Assembly: GCA_965153285.1 (NCBI GenBank) | Contig: OZ229113.1 | Origin: Podarcis tiliguerta | Taxonomy: Eukaryota | Direction: 5' to 3' (one strand) | Length of the DNA stretch: 64,000 nt | Shown: positions 49,469-60,992 of the stretch, one piece after another | How positions within the stretch are numbered: position 1 is the first letter of the stretch | Layout of the letters: each line of letters opens with the position of its first letter | Notes under the pieces: model-generated | What the model saw: only the letters and a program-made list of their open reading frames with translations | Databases searched by the model: none | What the model was told of the DNA's origin: nothing | Program-made: the position numbers and the translations under genes

Positions 49469-52320
49469 TACTTGCTGAAAGCATGCAGGACGTTGCTGAA
49501 GAACATAACTAATAGCAAATTGCACTACAGCTGATTGTCGTCATCTCATTTCACATTTTGGGAAACAAAACAGCAGGAGATGTTGCACTTCAGTCAGGTA
49601 CACTGTTACTTGAAGGGAAGAATGTTTTTGCTTACCCTTGAGCTCTGGCTGCCATTGGAGGCTTTATCTGTGAAGAATTTATTTTAAAATAAGGAACACA
49701 TCAGGAGTATGATGTTCCTGCTTTTATTTTTTCCACTCGTATATGCACTAATTTTAATTTTTTAAAGACTTTTCTGATCTCTGATGTTTTGCCACATTGG
49801 ATACTTACTAAGGGAATCTCTTTGCAAGGACATTTCTGGGATTTTTATTTTATTTTTTGCCACTGAATATACTGCGGAATTTATTTGTTTTGATATTATT
49901 TGCACCCCAGAATACTATAAAGGACCAGGTGAATAATTTCATAGAAATTGTGTTCTGTAAATTTACAGTGTAGCTTGTAACCTCTGTAAAACCGTGTCTT
50001 ATGCCACCCACTGTTAGGTTCACCAATCAAAACCAGAAGATGCATATTTTTTAAAAAAGGAAGAAAAAAATCAAGTTGGGTATTATAGAAATCTCACATG
50101 TAAAATCCCCTTTTATTTGGCTGAAGCTTTGTCTAAGCAAAGCAGCACCATTTTGAGATCTGTAACTTTGAGAGCATATCCCAGTTGCTCTAAACACAAC
50201 CAGCGCCTTTTAAATAAAATACCTGTTTGTATATTTTACTGCTAGTCAGATGCATTCACATTTATGCAATTTTTAATAGAATTTTTAAAAGGAATTGTGT
50301 TACAGACCTGAGGATTCGGGAGTTTATTCATTTAATTTACTTATGGTATCCTTTTTTTGTATAAAGTTTTGTTCTTTGAACCACAGCTTTATTATGGTAC
50401 TTTACACTGGATACAGATACAAAGACACTGTTTGGAAGATTAACTACACACAGCAGTTGTCTGGCATCAAGAGCTTTTGAAGTTTTATAGCCTGATTCTG
50501 GAAGAATGGTGGTCTGCTGTGCCTTTGCAGTCACTGCTTAGCCCAAAGTAATATTACTTTTGATAATACTCAACACATGAATATTCAGTCTTCGAGCCTG
50601 GGATTTCTTTCCCCGCAATTAACTTTCTGATATTGGACCTGCATTTGTCCTCAAGCTTGGGTATTCAAGGGAATTTGTAGTGGAACACCTACACTTTGAT
50701 ACTGAAGACTGCCAAATACGTATAATTTCCCCCCTTTCTTAAAGCCGTAGTGAAGACTGTATATCTGCTTCCTTTTCCCAGCACTGAATGTTTTAATAGC
50801 ACTGGGTGCTCACCATGAAGACAATGTGGAAACTCTCTCCCAAAGGTGTCAGGACAGACTCAAAGCACTTGCAACCGATGTTACTGGCACCCATTTTATT
50901 AATTCTCAATATTTGTAATTTCAGGTGAATTTTTAATAATTCTGTCCAGTTTTATAAGCTTTAATGATGACACTCCTTTAGATTTGCCTCAAGGAAAGCA
51001 GTGCTCTTCAGAAGGAAGGCTGTGGAAGACTAGGGACACCTGTTGCGCCTCTAAATGAGAAATTGCAGAGCCTGCGGTTTGGTAGCATAAATAAAATCAG
51101 TTGTTTTATCTGGAAAAAAATTTAAACGGAGCATAATGTTTAATATTGAGAAGATAACAGTTGCCACACTGTTGTTCTTTTTTTTAATGTCCAAAGGAAC
51201 AGGGACTTTGAGATACGAACCTGGCAACCAGTCTTTTATCATTCGCTCATGTATATGAGGAAGAGCAGCTGTCTTTTTATATGTTTTTGAAAAATCATAT
51301 TGTAATTCTTTTGTACAAAAAGTAGTACTTGTATTCTAGAAGAAATATTGAATGCTTAATTTATATGCGGGCTGAGGCTTTTTCTTTTCTTTTCCCCACT
51401 GTTGTTTTCTTTGAAAATGAAAGGGATCATCTCTTCAGTTGCGGGAACTGGGAACCTTTGACAGATTATTTTGTGGACCAATATTTTGGGAAAAGCAAAA
51501 GCAAGGGGGGGGGGTGTTTGTAATGCAGGGCCTTCAGTCTCATCCTTGCTATACCAACATGCCCACCTCTGAAACGGCAAGTTGCATTTTGCTTATTTGT
51601 CTCATTCTGTAAGTGTACATTGCTTTAGCCCCAGTAATCTCAGGACTTGGTTTAAGGTTAAAAAAAATAATAATTTTGAAAAAGAGAGCAGAGAGCCAAT
51701 AAGTTTCCATAAGTAAACGCCATCCAAGAAATTTCTGCTGTTGGGTAATGCATAGAACAATGTGGAGTATTGTTTGTTTTTATTTGGTCTGTGTTTTGGA
51801 ATTTTCTGCTTTGGTGTTTTTTTGGGGAGAGCCCTTCTACTCCAATATAATTCCATTTAGAAGGCTGTCCAGAAACTAGCATGTTCCACTCATTGGAAGA
51901 GTTATGTATGTAATCCCTAAAACAGCGCAGCAATGTTTTTCTTAAACAAGGCATACTTTTTTCATGCGGGGAAATGATTCTGACCTTCCTATCTTTACAG
52001 CTGAAAGCACAGAAAGGACAACCTTTTGAAATCATGTGATGTTAGTCCATTTAAATTTTCTTACCTGTTCTTAGGTTGCTTGTTTGGGTTTTTGTTTTTT
52101 GCTACACTGTAAATACTTTATTCGGGGTACATAATGTCTTTCTTTTCCTTCTAATTTCCCCTTGTTCCAGTAAAGTTTTAGACGTGAACAGCTTCCCCTA
52201 AAAAGCACCAGTGTTACATTCTGATGTCATGATCCCACTCTGTGTTACCTTTTAATCTTGTTTTTCATTCTTTTCATGTGTACAGCAGTATTTTTAATAA
52301 AGAATACCAGAAATAACACA
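49469..52320 (+). other. PAN3: PAN3 3'UTR (approximate end)
   Basis: AU-rich stretch with no recognisable repeats after the stop, ending near AATAAA at 52296 with an upstream UGUA at 52279. Confidence 0.7.
52296..52301 (+). terminator. Likely distal PAN3 poly(A) signal; possible proximal AATAAA at 50213 and 51090
   Basis: TGTA...TTTTTAATAAAG with U/GU-rich sequence downstream. Confidence 0.65.
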
Positions 52321-52844
52321 GCCTTCTTTTGAGCATGCAAAGGTGTGGGTATTGTGTGCCACTTCTTGTGTAGTTGACTTAAACTATTTTATGGAGTTGT
52401 TTTCTTCATATTTTACTCCATCCCACTCTACTGCAGGGTTTGTGGAACAGTGTTTGGCTTGCAAGCATTGTTTATCTGGTGTTCAGATATAGTATACAGT
52501 CTCAAGAGAACAGTGATGTGCATTTCTTGCTGATAGACAAATGGCAGAGCTGGCCTGTTCGTTATCAAACTGACTCCAGATGCTGAAGTAGTTCGAACCC
52601 TCTGAAAAATGCTTTTAAAATAACTTTTGTTTGAGCTCCCATATCAGATTAAGATACATTTGTCAATTTACTTATTGGAAAATTACGCATGAGTTTTGTG
52701 TAGTTTTCCATTTTTTATTGATTTGAACTGTTAACTGAAAAAAAATATATATTAAGGCATGGTCAAGGCCTTTGTACCCTCAAACCTCCCTGTGATATGT
52801 TTTATATAAAGTGTAAAAAGTCATAGAACTTTATACAATTTTAG

Positions 52845-52899
52845 TGTTGTTAGCCGCCCTGAGCCCGGCTTCGGCTGGGGAGGGCGGGATATAAATAAA

Positions 52900-52940
<41 letters not shown>
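52845..52940 (+). mobile_element. Short L2-type 3' end with (TTA)n tail in the intergenic gap
   Basis: TTAGCCGCCCTGAGCC...GGGAGGGCGGGATATAAATAAA(TTA)n. Confidence 0.7.
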
Positions 52941-52942
<2 letters not shown>

Positions 52943-53710
52943 TCATAAAAGTGCCAGTATGGCTTTTTCTTTGCATAAATTAATCTGGACCACCTGTTGC
53001 TTGAAATGGATTTTGCTTAGAAAGTTCATTTTGCAAGTAGGCTAAAATGAAAGTTGCAGCAAGTTTTGCTTTGTACTCTTATCTCTGGCAGTCAGAGGGC
53101 AGAAAAAAACTTTAGGATCCTGCCAGGTATTTTTTTAAACCTGCAAAAAGTCTGCAAGAGCAGTTTTCATCTTTACACCTTCTAAAAGTGCATGCGTGGC
53201 CCTGCTGTTCATTGTCCCTGGGTTTTGTTTCTCAAGCTGGAGTATGCTTAACAGCTTGTGAGCATGTGGGTTGCAAAAGCATGCTTGCACATCACATTGG
53301 CCCATGTGCCAGAGGATAAGGCTTGACTTCAACTCCTTTCTACAGCTACACACGATGGCAAGCACATCTTTCCTGCTGACAGCTTTGAATTCAAACGATG
53401 CCTTGGGCAAGTACAGAATTCTGTGCATGCAACTGCATATAGACCATGGAGAAAAAACTCACCTTTAGAAGGGCCCAATGATCCACAGAATGAAGAAGCA
53501 TCTCTTTATCACACTACCAGTGACTTAGCTTGAATTCATCCCCTTGAAATAAGGTTGATCTTCTGACAGGCCTGGACAAATACTTTGGCTACTTGAAATG
53601 GCTGCTTCAAGCCAAAACCAACAAATTTGGTGAGACACTTCTGCAACATTATGGAATTATTATGAACTCAAGCAAAGCAATAATCTCTCAAATGGAGCTT
53701 GGAAATAAAT

Positions 53711-53716
53711 TTTATT
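53711..53716 (-). terminator. Likely FLT1 poly(A) signal
   Basis: TTTATT on + (AATAAA on -) ~1.5 kb past the FLT1 stop, at the end of an AU-rich block. Confidence 0.5.
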
Positions 53717-55200
53717 GTGAAACTTTAGGAAGCATATGTAAAAATAGACGGTAAAAGTTAAGGCACAAGTAGGAGATATTTACATCCAGTTAAAGAATGC
53801 TTTTTAAATTCCAGTTTTTTAAAAAAGGTTCGTTAAAAGCATTAGATTTGAATATAAAAAATATTTGTTTTTACAATTACTAATGCCCTACATGAAAATA
53901 AACCCAGGAGTTTCACTCCTCAGCTCTTTATAGATCCATTGGCTTTAATAATAGAGTCATGGCTGAATAGTTTGCTGATGTTCCATCTGATGAAAGAGCA
54001 CAAAGATTACAGACTTACGGCTTTAGAAACGGAGTGTTCTAAAATTCTCCAGCACCCAAACACTCTTCACTCTATTGGCCTTGATCCAGCTCAGGTTAAT
54101 TGTGACAAATTGTCATTGAAACCAATGAATCAAGTTTAGGCATAACCAACTTGGAACAGCAGGACCGACATCAGCTGCTTTTATAGAACAGCCATCGTGG
54201 TAGCTTACTGGTCGACCAAGGCAGTGGTTCACTACCATAACTACCTGCCCCTTGGCAAAAAGAACCTAGCAGCACACTCTTAGCACTAAACTAATTCAAT
54301 AGTTGCAATAGCAGCAGCACAAGATTCAACAGGTATTTCAGACAGTGCAAAGCTGCAGCTGGATGCAGGTTTTATTGCTGATTAGCTACAGCAGGTTGGC
54401 CCAATGCTTTGTGCCTCTGCTGTCACTTGCAGCTGGGAGTATAAAAGCAGACTAGTATAATAGATACATAGAGAACTGTGTGTTCTCTCATGGAAAATAC
54501 TAAGATGCTGCGCCAGGGAGTCCCCAGTATTGCCTCAAGAAAACCTGAATCCTACCTGTGTTTGTTGTGCAGATTTACTTTGTGCAGTGTATATGTTGCT
54601 TCAGCAAGCTACAAGGTAAAGAGCTATGCAGGGAGCTGAGGCCCCAACACCCTCTGTATGGTTTTGAAATGTTTAATAAGGTATTGCAGAGCTACCCTTG
54701 CCCCTGATGCATTCACTGTATCCCCGTTACGTCTGCTTGAACTGTTTCTACTGAACACACTCCTTCAAAAGCTGAAACAATTCCACAGCAGCATGAGAGC
54801 AAAATGGGTATGTATCTACAAAACTCTGTGGGTAAAATAAAAGTGCAATCTCCCTTAAGCATATAACTAAGTAGACCAGAAGCGCCTGGTCAGTTTCACC
54901 ATCCTCCCATAGCATTGCCTGAGACCAGTGTAAGGATCTGTATTTAGGAAGTGAGAGAAATACAGTGCACAGGGTTCTCTTCCTGCTGTCCCCCTCATAT
55001 TTGAATAGTTACTGGGTTCTTGTGGTTCTTGCTGTTGGGTGGAAGCTAGTGCTACAGCACAGAAATAGCCTGTACTCTACAGGGGTGCTGTTGGGTCAGT
55101 GAGTAGCAGGAAGGAGCGATCAGTATTTTAAATGGTGATAGTGGAGAGAGGCAGCTCAGTGGAGGACCAGCTGCTTTGAGTAGTTCAAAGTCCTTACTTG

Positions 55201-55402
55201 CTACACTGGAGGAGTGGAATAGCGAACCACCGAGTTATAGCTGGGAGGAGAGGAGCCCTGCATCTGCTTCCCTTCCCAGCCGGTGCTGCTGCGGGTAAAT
55301 GGCAGAGTCACATCGCTGATGTGGCCACAGCTGGAACTGTAAACCTTTGGCTTTGCGGTGTCACAAAGGACAGACTCCTTGCTTCGGCTGCCAGAGAGGA
55401 GG
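55201..55402 (-). CDS. FLT1: FLT1 last exon 30 CDS (LLSGSRSKESVLCDTAKPKVYSSSCGHISD...SSPPSYNSVVRYSTPPV*)
   Basis: gcttgtag|CCTCC...GTGTAG; SKES, SCGH and YNSVVxYSTPP motifs (human Y1327/Y1333 equivalents) are typical of VEGFR1. Confidence 0.93.
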
Positions 55403-56154
55403 CTACAAGCAAAAGCAGACGTATGTTAGATTAAAATTATGTATCATTAATATGGTTCCACTATCCTCACCAATGCTATAGAGCATGAACCTTTGTTTGG
55501 GAACTGCATTTAGGATTTCTCATGCCCCAAGCAAGACACAGTCTTTTCTTTTTGTCCTTTTAAGCAAGTCTGACCAACTTCCTTACTGTCCATTCACTGC
55601 TTAGAATAATTCCTGTTAATACAGCCTTTTCATGGGGAAGCCCTTATTCCCTAGACAGGAGCTAGGCAGAGGAAGGCGGCTAACACAACATGGCAGAGGG
55701 CAGGAGCAAAAATGACGCTCTTGCATCCCTCCATTGTCATGTTGCCATTTTAGTATCCTGATTATACCACGCTGAGTCATGAAAGGGAAGGGGCACTAAG
55801 AACAAAAGCCATACCCTGCCCCCAGCTCTATAATGTGGTCGTTTTTGTATATTGCTAACTCAAACACAAGGCAGGGACCAAATTGACCAGTGCTGTGGGA
55901 GGAGGTGTAAATTTCCCCCTTTTGCAATCCTCCACCTGCCCATAAAAGCCACCCCATAGAACAAGATATACCCATATGATACCTGAGACCCATAGGGCAA
56001 ACAGCAGGTGAATGGAGAGTGGTCTTTCTCAGGAAAATGGGTCACAGGAATAGGGTTAACACCCCCTTTAAGTGACAGATTCAATTAGATTCCTAGCAAA
56101 TGTCTCCACTTTGTGTCTCCACTTGCATCCTGAATAGTCATGGAAATCACATAC

Positions 56155-56246
56155 CCAAAGAAAGTTTGCTTTTGTTTGCTGCCTGTCCATGTAAAACGCT
56201 TCCGTTCTTCTGAAGACAGCACCATCCCACTGCTGGCCTGGTAATC
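56155..56246 (-). CDS. FLT1: FLT1 exon 29 (DYQASSGMVLSSEERKRFTWTGSKQKQTFFG)
   Basis: ttttcag|GATTAC...TTTGG|gtatgt; 92 nt; DYQ...KRFTW motif. Confidence 0.93.
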
Positions 56247-57013
56247 CTGAAAAAGAACACACCTTCGGTAATGCAACTTTGTTCCTTGTGTGTTCAAGTT
56301 TACTCCAGTTACACATTGACTCTGAATAACCCATCATCTACATGGCCCTAAATTGACTTTTTGGTAAAAGTGCAACCATGTAGGGTGTTCAACAACTGTG
56401 CAGAATGTGTACCTGTGTACGCAAAGAGTTGAGTTTGTACACCAATATTCACATGTAACATTCAATGGCCATAAAGTCTGTGTACACAACAGCTTAGCTG
56501 TACAAATCAACAAGGGTACACCCACAAATACTTGTATATTTTTAGAGACAGCTTGTACTTGTATTTGGGGTAATATGTGAATAAGCCTTATGTTAGCTGC
56601 AAGAAAAGTGGTGTATGAGCAGTGTCCCTGAAGCTTGTAACTGAGTCTACGCTCAGAGAACTCCAAGAATATCTCTGATATGTAAAGATATGCTAAACCA
56701 TAACACTAAAAAGTGCAGTCCTACTCAGTCTCAGTGGACGAAGAGTGTCAACTAAGAAGTAGTTATCAGTTTGATAATTTATCACTTTTTTGAGAACAGA
56801 AATACTTTTTTTTACCACTGCTCATACACTCATAGTTTACCTAGCCAACCACCTCACTCCATCAGCGCTCTTCCTTCCATAAATTAGACTTGGAGCCCCT
56901 TCAAATCAGTGGTGTTTTTTGCAGATGTATTCTGCAATGTGTTGGGCTCGTAGCTTCTTGCTGAAATGCTGTAACTTTTCATCCCACAAACGTTTATTTT
57001 TTAAAAATAAATA

Positions 57014-57040
57014 AAGCGTATGTAACCCGAGGTACCACTG
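57014..57040. mobile_element. Solitary terminal 27 bp of a Tc1/mariner MITE
   Basis: AAGCGTATGTAACCCGAGGTACCACTG|TA matches the right end of 11550-11791; the rest is absent. Confidence 0.85.
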
Positions 57041-57078
57041 TATGTATATTGAGCTGCTCTGTTTTATATTCTTTCTAC

Positions 57079-57088
57079 CTGTGAACAT
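57079..57088 (-). CDS. FLT1: Hypothetical 10-nt FLT1 microexon replacing exon 28 (G-C-S-Q)
   Basis: ttctcacccttgttcag|ATGTTCACAG|gtagaa; phase 2 to 0 exactly bridges exons 27 and 29; no transcript evidence. Confidence 0.25.
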
Positions 57089-57316
57089 CTGAACAAGGGT
57101 GAGAAACACACTCTAACTTTATGGGCGGGATTTAACTAAGTTGTTGCATGAGCAGAATGAGATCCAGTTGTGCAACAGGACTTTGCCCCATCTTTCCCCT
57201 CACATCCCCTAAATCTGTTCTGGATGGCTGGGGAAACTTTAGAGGGCATGCACGAAATCCATGCTGCTAGTCATTCCTTTGCTATATGGGTAAAATATCT
57301 TGGTATTCCATCATAC

Positions 57317-57459
57317 CCAGTGTTTTCGATGCTTGTGTAGTTCAAGGCTGGTACTGAATGATTTCCTCTCTCATGAGGATGAGGGGAAGTTGGAGAGGAA
57401 TGGTCAAATTCAGGATCCACTGATAATATAGTATTCAGAGGGATATAGTCTTTGCCATC
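57317..57459 (-). CDS. FLT1: FLT1 exon 27 (DGKDYIPLNTILSVDPEFDHSSPTSPHPHERGNHSVPALNYTSIENTG)
   Basis: ttatgtag|GATGGC...ACTGG|gtatga; 143 nt; DGKDYIP motif (Y1169 equivalent). Confidence 0.93.
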
Positions 57460-57624
57460 CTACATAAACAGAAGTATAAAAATTATCAAACAGATAGGAA
57501 TAGTGTAAAAACAATGCCAAGCATTGGAGTCCACAAGCTCCCTAGGGAGTCCATTCCACTGTCAAACAACCATGACCTCCCTGAAACACCATAAACATGA
57601 TGTATACTGCATTTTGCTGCTTGC

Positions 57625-57730
57625 CTGCTTTACGTTTGCTTGAAGTAGATCTCCCAATCTCTCCACCAGCTCTGAGAATCTTGGCCTTTCCTTTGGATCC
57701 CCTTGCCAGCAATCCAGCATGATCTGATAT
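57625..57730 (-). CDS. FLT1: FLT1 exon 26 ([35 protein letters not shown])
   Basis: ttttggcag|ATATCAG...AAGCAG|gcaagc (GC donor); 106 nt; kinase subdomain XI. Confidence 0.95.
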
Positions 57731-60700
57731 CTGCCAAAAGCAAAAGACAGTGTATCATGAGCACTACGTCTATGACCCACACTTGAACAGCAGACTTCAG
57801 ATCTGGGAGCCACCCTTAACACAAACTTGCAACATGGGATCCATTTTTAAATCATTTTCTATACACGTCCACCTCCCCTCCTCTCTTTTCTCTCCTACTT
57901 TCTAACTTAAACTCTCTCTTTTATGTGCGCCAAACAAAATACAGAAATGGTGAAAGTGCTACTGATACTCCCAGAGTTCAGAGCAGCATTTGTGTGCCTT
58001 GAAGAACCATCAGTGCCGTGCAGTAGAGAACACACCAAACCTCTTGTAGTATTTCAGGCATTTCTACAGAGTTAACTGTTGCAGTTTTAATTAGTTTTCA
58101 TAGGATTTAGGTTCTGAGGAAAGTGAGGAAGAAGTCAGTAGAGTTATGATGAAACTCCTGCTTTTTCATTCTTCCTCTTTCCACATGTGAACGATGAACA
58201 AATACTTAAACTCCTCACAAGGCTCCATAGCTTGGTTGCTCGCTTGCCAGACTAATCTCAGGGCTAGAAAAATCTCTGTTGCATTGAAATCTTAAAGCTT
58301 CTCTACTGCAGTGTAAGCCCATTATCTCTTGCCCTCCAAGCACCGGTTACGCCATTGCTCCCATCGGACTTTCATGTGTTTGAAAGGTTATCAAGCTGCT
58401 GCATCGACCTTCTCTGGCATAAGCCAAACATCAGGAGCCCTTTGGGAGCCTGCATCACAGATCTCTGCCCCCAATCTCTGATAACCTCTGCCGCTCTTCA
58501 CTGATTCCTCTCTCAGTTGTTATCCACACACCCACCCCAAAAAGCACACAGGCCTCACAATAGCCAAACCAGAAAGTTTCATTCTGTAGTCTTGCCATTA
58601 GTAAATGTGGTGGCTGAACAGAGTGATGCTGGAGCATCAAAGGGGGAATGGGATGTCGCACATCTCATGTGGTATCTCTTGAGAATCCTTGTTTTTATTG
58701 ACCAACCTCCCCATCCCACTTAAGATAGGATTAATAGTGTGTGGACAATGTCTGGTAGAGTCTCAGATGCAGGGCTTAGGGATTTGTATGTGTAACAAAG
58801 GAGGGTTCAGTTGGCTTCAGACAGGAATTTTAACCCTCACGCAACTTTTGGTTTCAGAGTTGAGGGCTATTGTTGTTGCAGTTATGACATTTATGAAGTT
58901 ACATCTGACCCGGGGTGTGTGTACAAAAATGCAGAAAAAGAAATAAAAGGGAGGGCCCATACTTTAGGAGGTAGTAGTCATGCATGTGCTACGCATTTGA
59001 GATGCTGGGGAACTTCTTCAAGCTCAGACTAGAAACCTACCTTGGGAGGCCTGTAAAAATCCCTTGCAAAAGAAGAGGTGAATTTGACAAGCCCTAAATG
59101 TCTTCTCCTACATAGATGAAAACCCCAGCAGGAGAAGACATCCCAGCTCCACCCAACTTCACACAGGTATCTTTCTGTCATTTGCCTCACCTGTCCCTGC
59201 TGCCTTCCCCATACCCAAAGGTCGCTCCCATTTTTCCTACCACACACACATATTCCCCTGTCCTACCAGTAGGGAGCAGCAGCAGTAGGAAAAAATGGTA
59301 GGTCTTTCCCCCCATCCTCTAACAGCATGGCAGGCAAGGAGGATTATTAGAGTTGTGGTTCTTCCAAGGGCTCCTGCAAATGCACCTGGATTTAAATTAA
59401 TCTGGAGCCTGTATTCACTGGGATTCCTAATACCACTGATCCTAACAGGCTTTTTTGGTGTCATCATATTGCATTGCCATCCATTTGGATTTTTCTGGGA
59501 ATATCCTGCATACAGGAGTCTGGTTTCATCAGCGGTTGGGAACCTCTAGTCCATGGGCTTCAAGATCAGCCCAGCAAGTCATTTTTGGGGCACCACACCC
59601 ATCTTTCTTAGCCTGACATCATATATGACATCAAGCATGGGAAAGTTCAAGAGGCAGCTGCTGCAGGGCAAGGCAAGATGTAGCACTTCTCGAATTTGTC
59701 ACTTTTTTCTTTTTCTCTGAACAAAGAAATGAAAAAAAAGCACAGAATTTTGCCTGCAAAAGAAGAAGGGGAAGTGCATTCTTAGTGCACTCCCAATTCT
59801 TCCTTTAAAGCCACTGCTTGAATTCAAGCTGATGATGCAAAGGAACAAACCATCCTTTGCAGCCATGGCTTGAATTCAATCTAGTTGCAAAGGAAGAATT
59901 GGGGATGCAACTGCGGATTGAAGCCACAATCCCCTGATGTCATGTGATATCAGGTGAATGGAGGATGTGCGGCCTCACCTGTCAAAGTAGTCTGTGTGCG
60001 GCTGGCCATTTCCAGACCTGGCCCTCTGGCTGAAGACAATTTCCCAACCCCGACTTACAGGATCACCACCCCAAAATCATTTTGATGTCCCTTTCTGATA
60101 TTATGTTCTCCGTGAAGGTGTCTCCATTGGAATTACACAAAATCATTCTGATTGTGAGATGTGCATAGGAACTAGTATACATCCTAAATTGTGTGTGTGT
60201 GGGCCTCCATCCTGTCTGGAGCTTAGGGGAGCTGAAGTCGAAAACATACGGAAGACCACAGCTTAGGCACCCCTGCCTTAAATCCCAAAACCCAGAGAGC
60301 AGATCTTAAGGATAAGTTCCTTTAAGGAAAAAGCTAGCTGAAGGCCTAACTAAAGCGAAAGCCAAATTATGTTTTTAAGGAAAGCGGAGGAAAATGATTC
60401 AGGAAGGGGTGACTTAAGAGTAGAGAATGCTGTGCTTAACCTTTTCACCACCTATAATTTCTCTGTTCCAGTTTCTCCCCCTTAAAACTAACTTAACTAT
60501 CTGCCTACAGCAGGGGTGGCTAAGCAGTGGCTCTCTAGATATTGTTGGACTACAACTCCCATCATCCCTGACCATTGGTCTTGCTGGCTGGGGATGATGG
60601 AGGTGGAATTCAACATCTGGATGGCCACAGATTAGCCACCCCAAATGAGTGTGAGGGTATGAAGACATTTGAAACCCTATGGCACGAAAAACAACAGGGA

Positions 60701-60892
60701 AAAGGGTGATGCCAAGCATAGAAGTAACAGGCTGGGGAGGTTTATGCACTGCTTCCCCAAATTCTACTGTTCTAAATTCCCAAAGCACTTTTATCCTAAT
60801 GAAGGTTGGTGGCATTTTGTTACATGTGCGCACTGTTTGCTTTGTCCCAAAGTAATGCATGCCAAAAATGATACTGTCCAAAGCACTCGTAC

Positions 60893-60992
60893 ATCTCTGG
60901 GGTTGCAAAATCTGGGGCTTTCATTCTTATGCCTTCTTTTAACTTGTTGAAAAAGTCTTCATCTATCTGAACACCTGGATAAGGAGATGCAC
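60893..60992 (-). CDS. FLT1: FLT1 exon 25 ([34 protein letters not shown])
   Basis: tcttttag|GTGCA...GAGAT|gtacga; 100 nt. Confidence 0.95.

Noticed and set aside
60414-60908. 164-aa ORF in FLT1 intron 25
   Set aside because: It runs through a degenerate MITE, and its overlap with exon 25 is out of frame.
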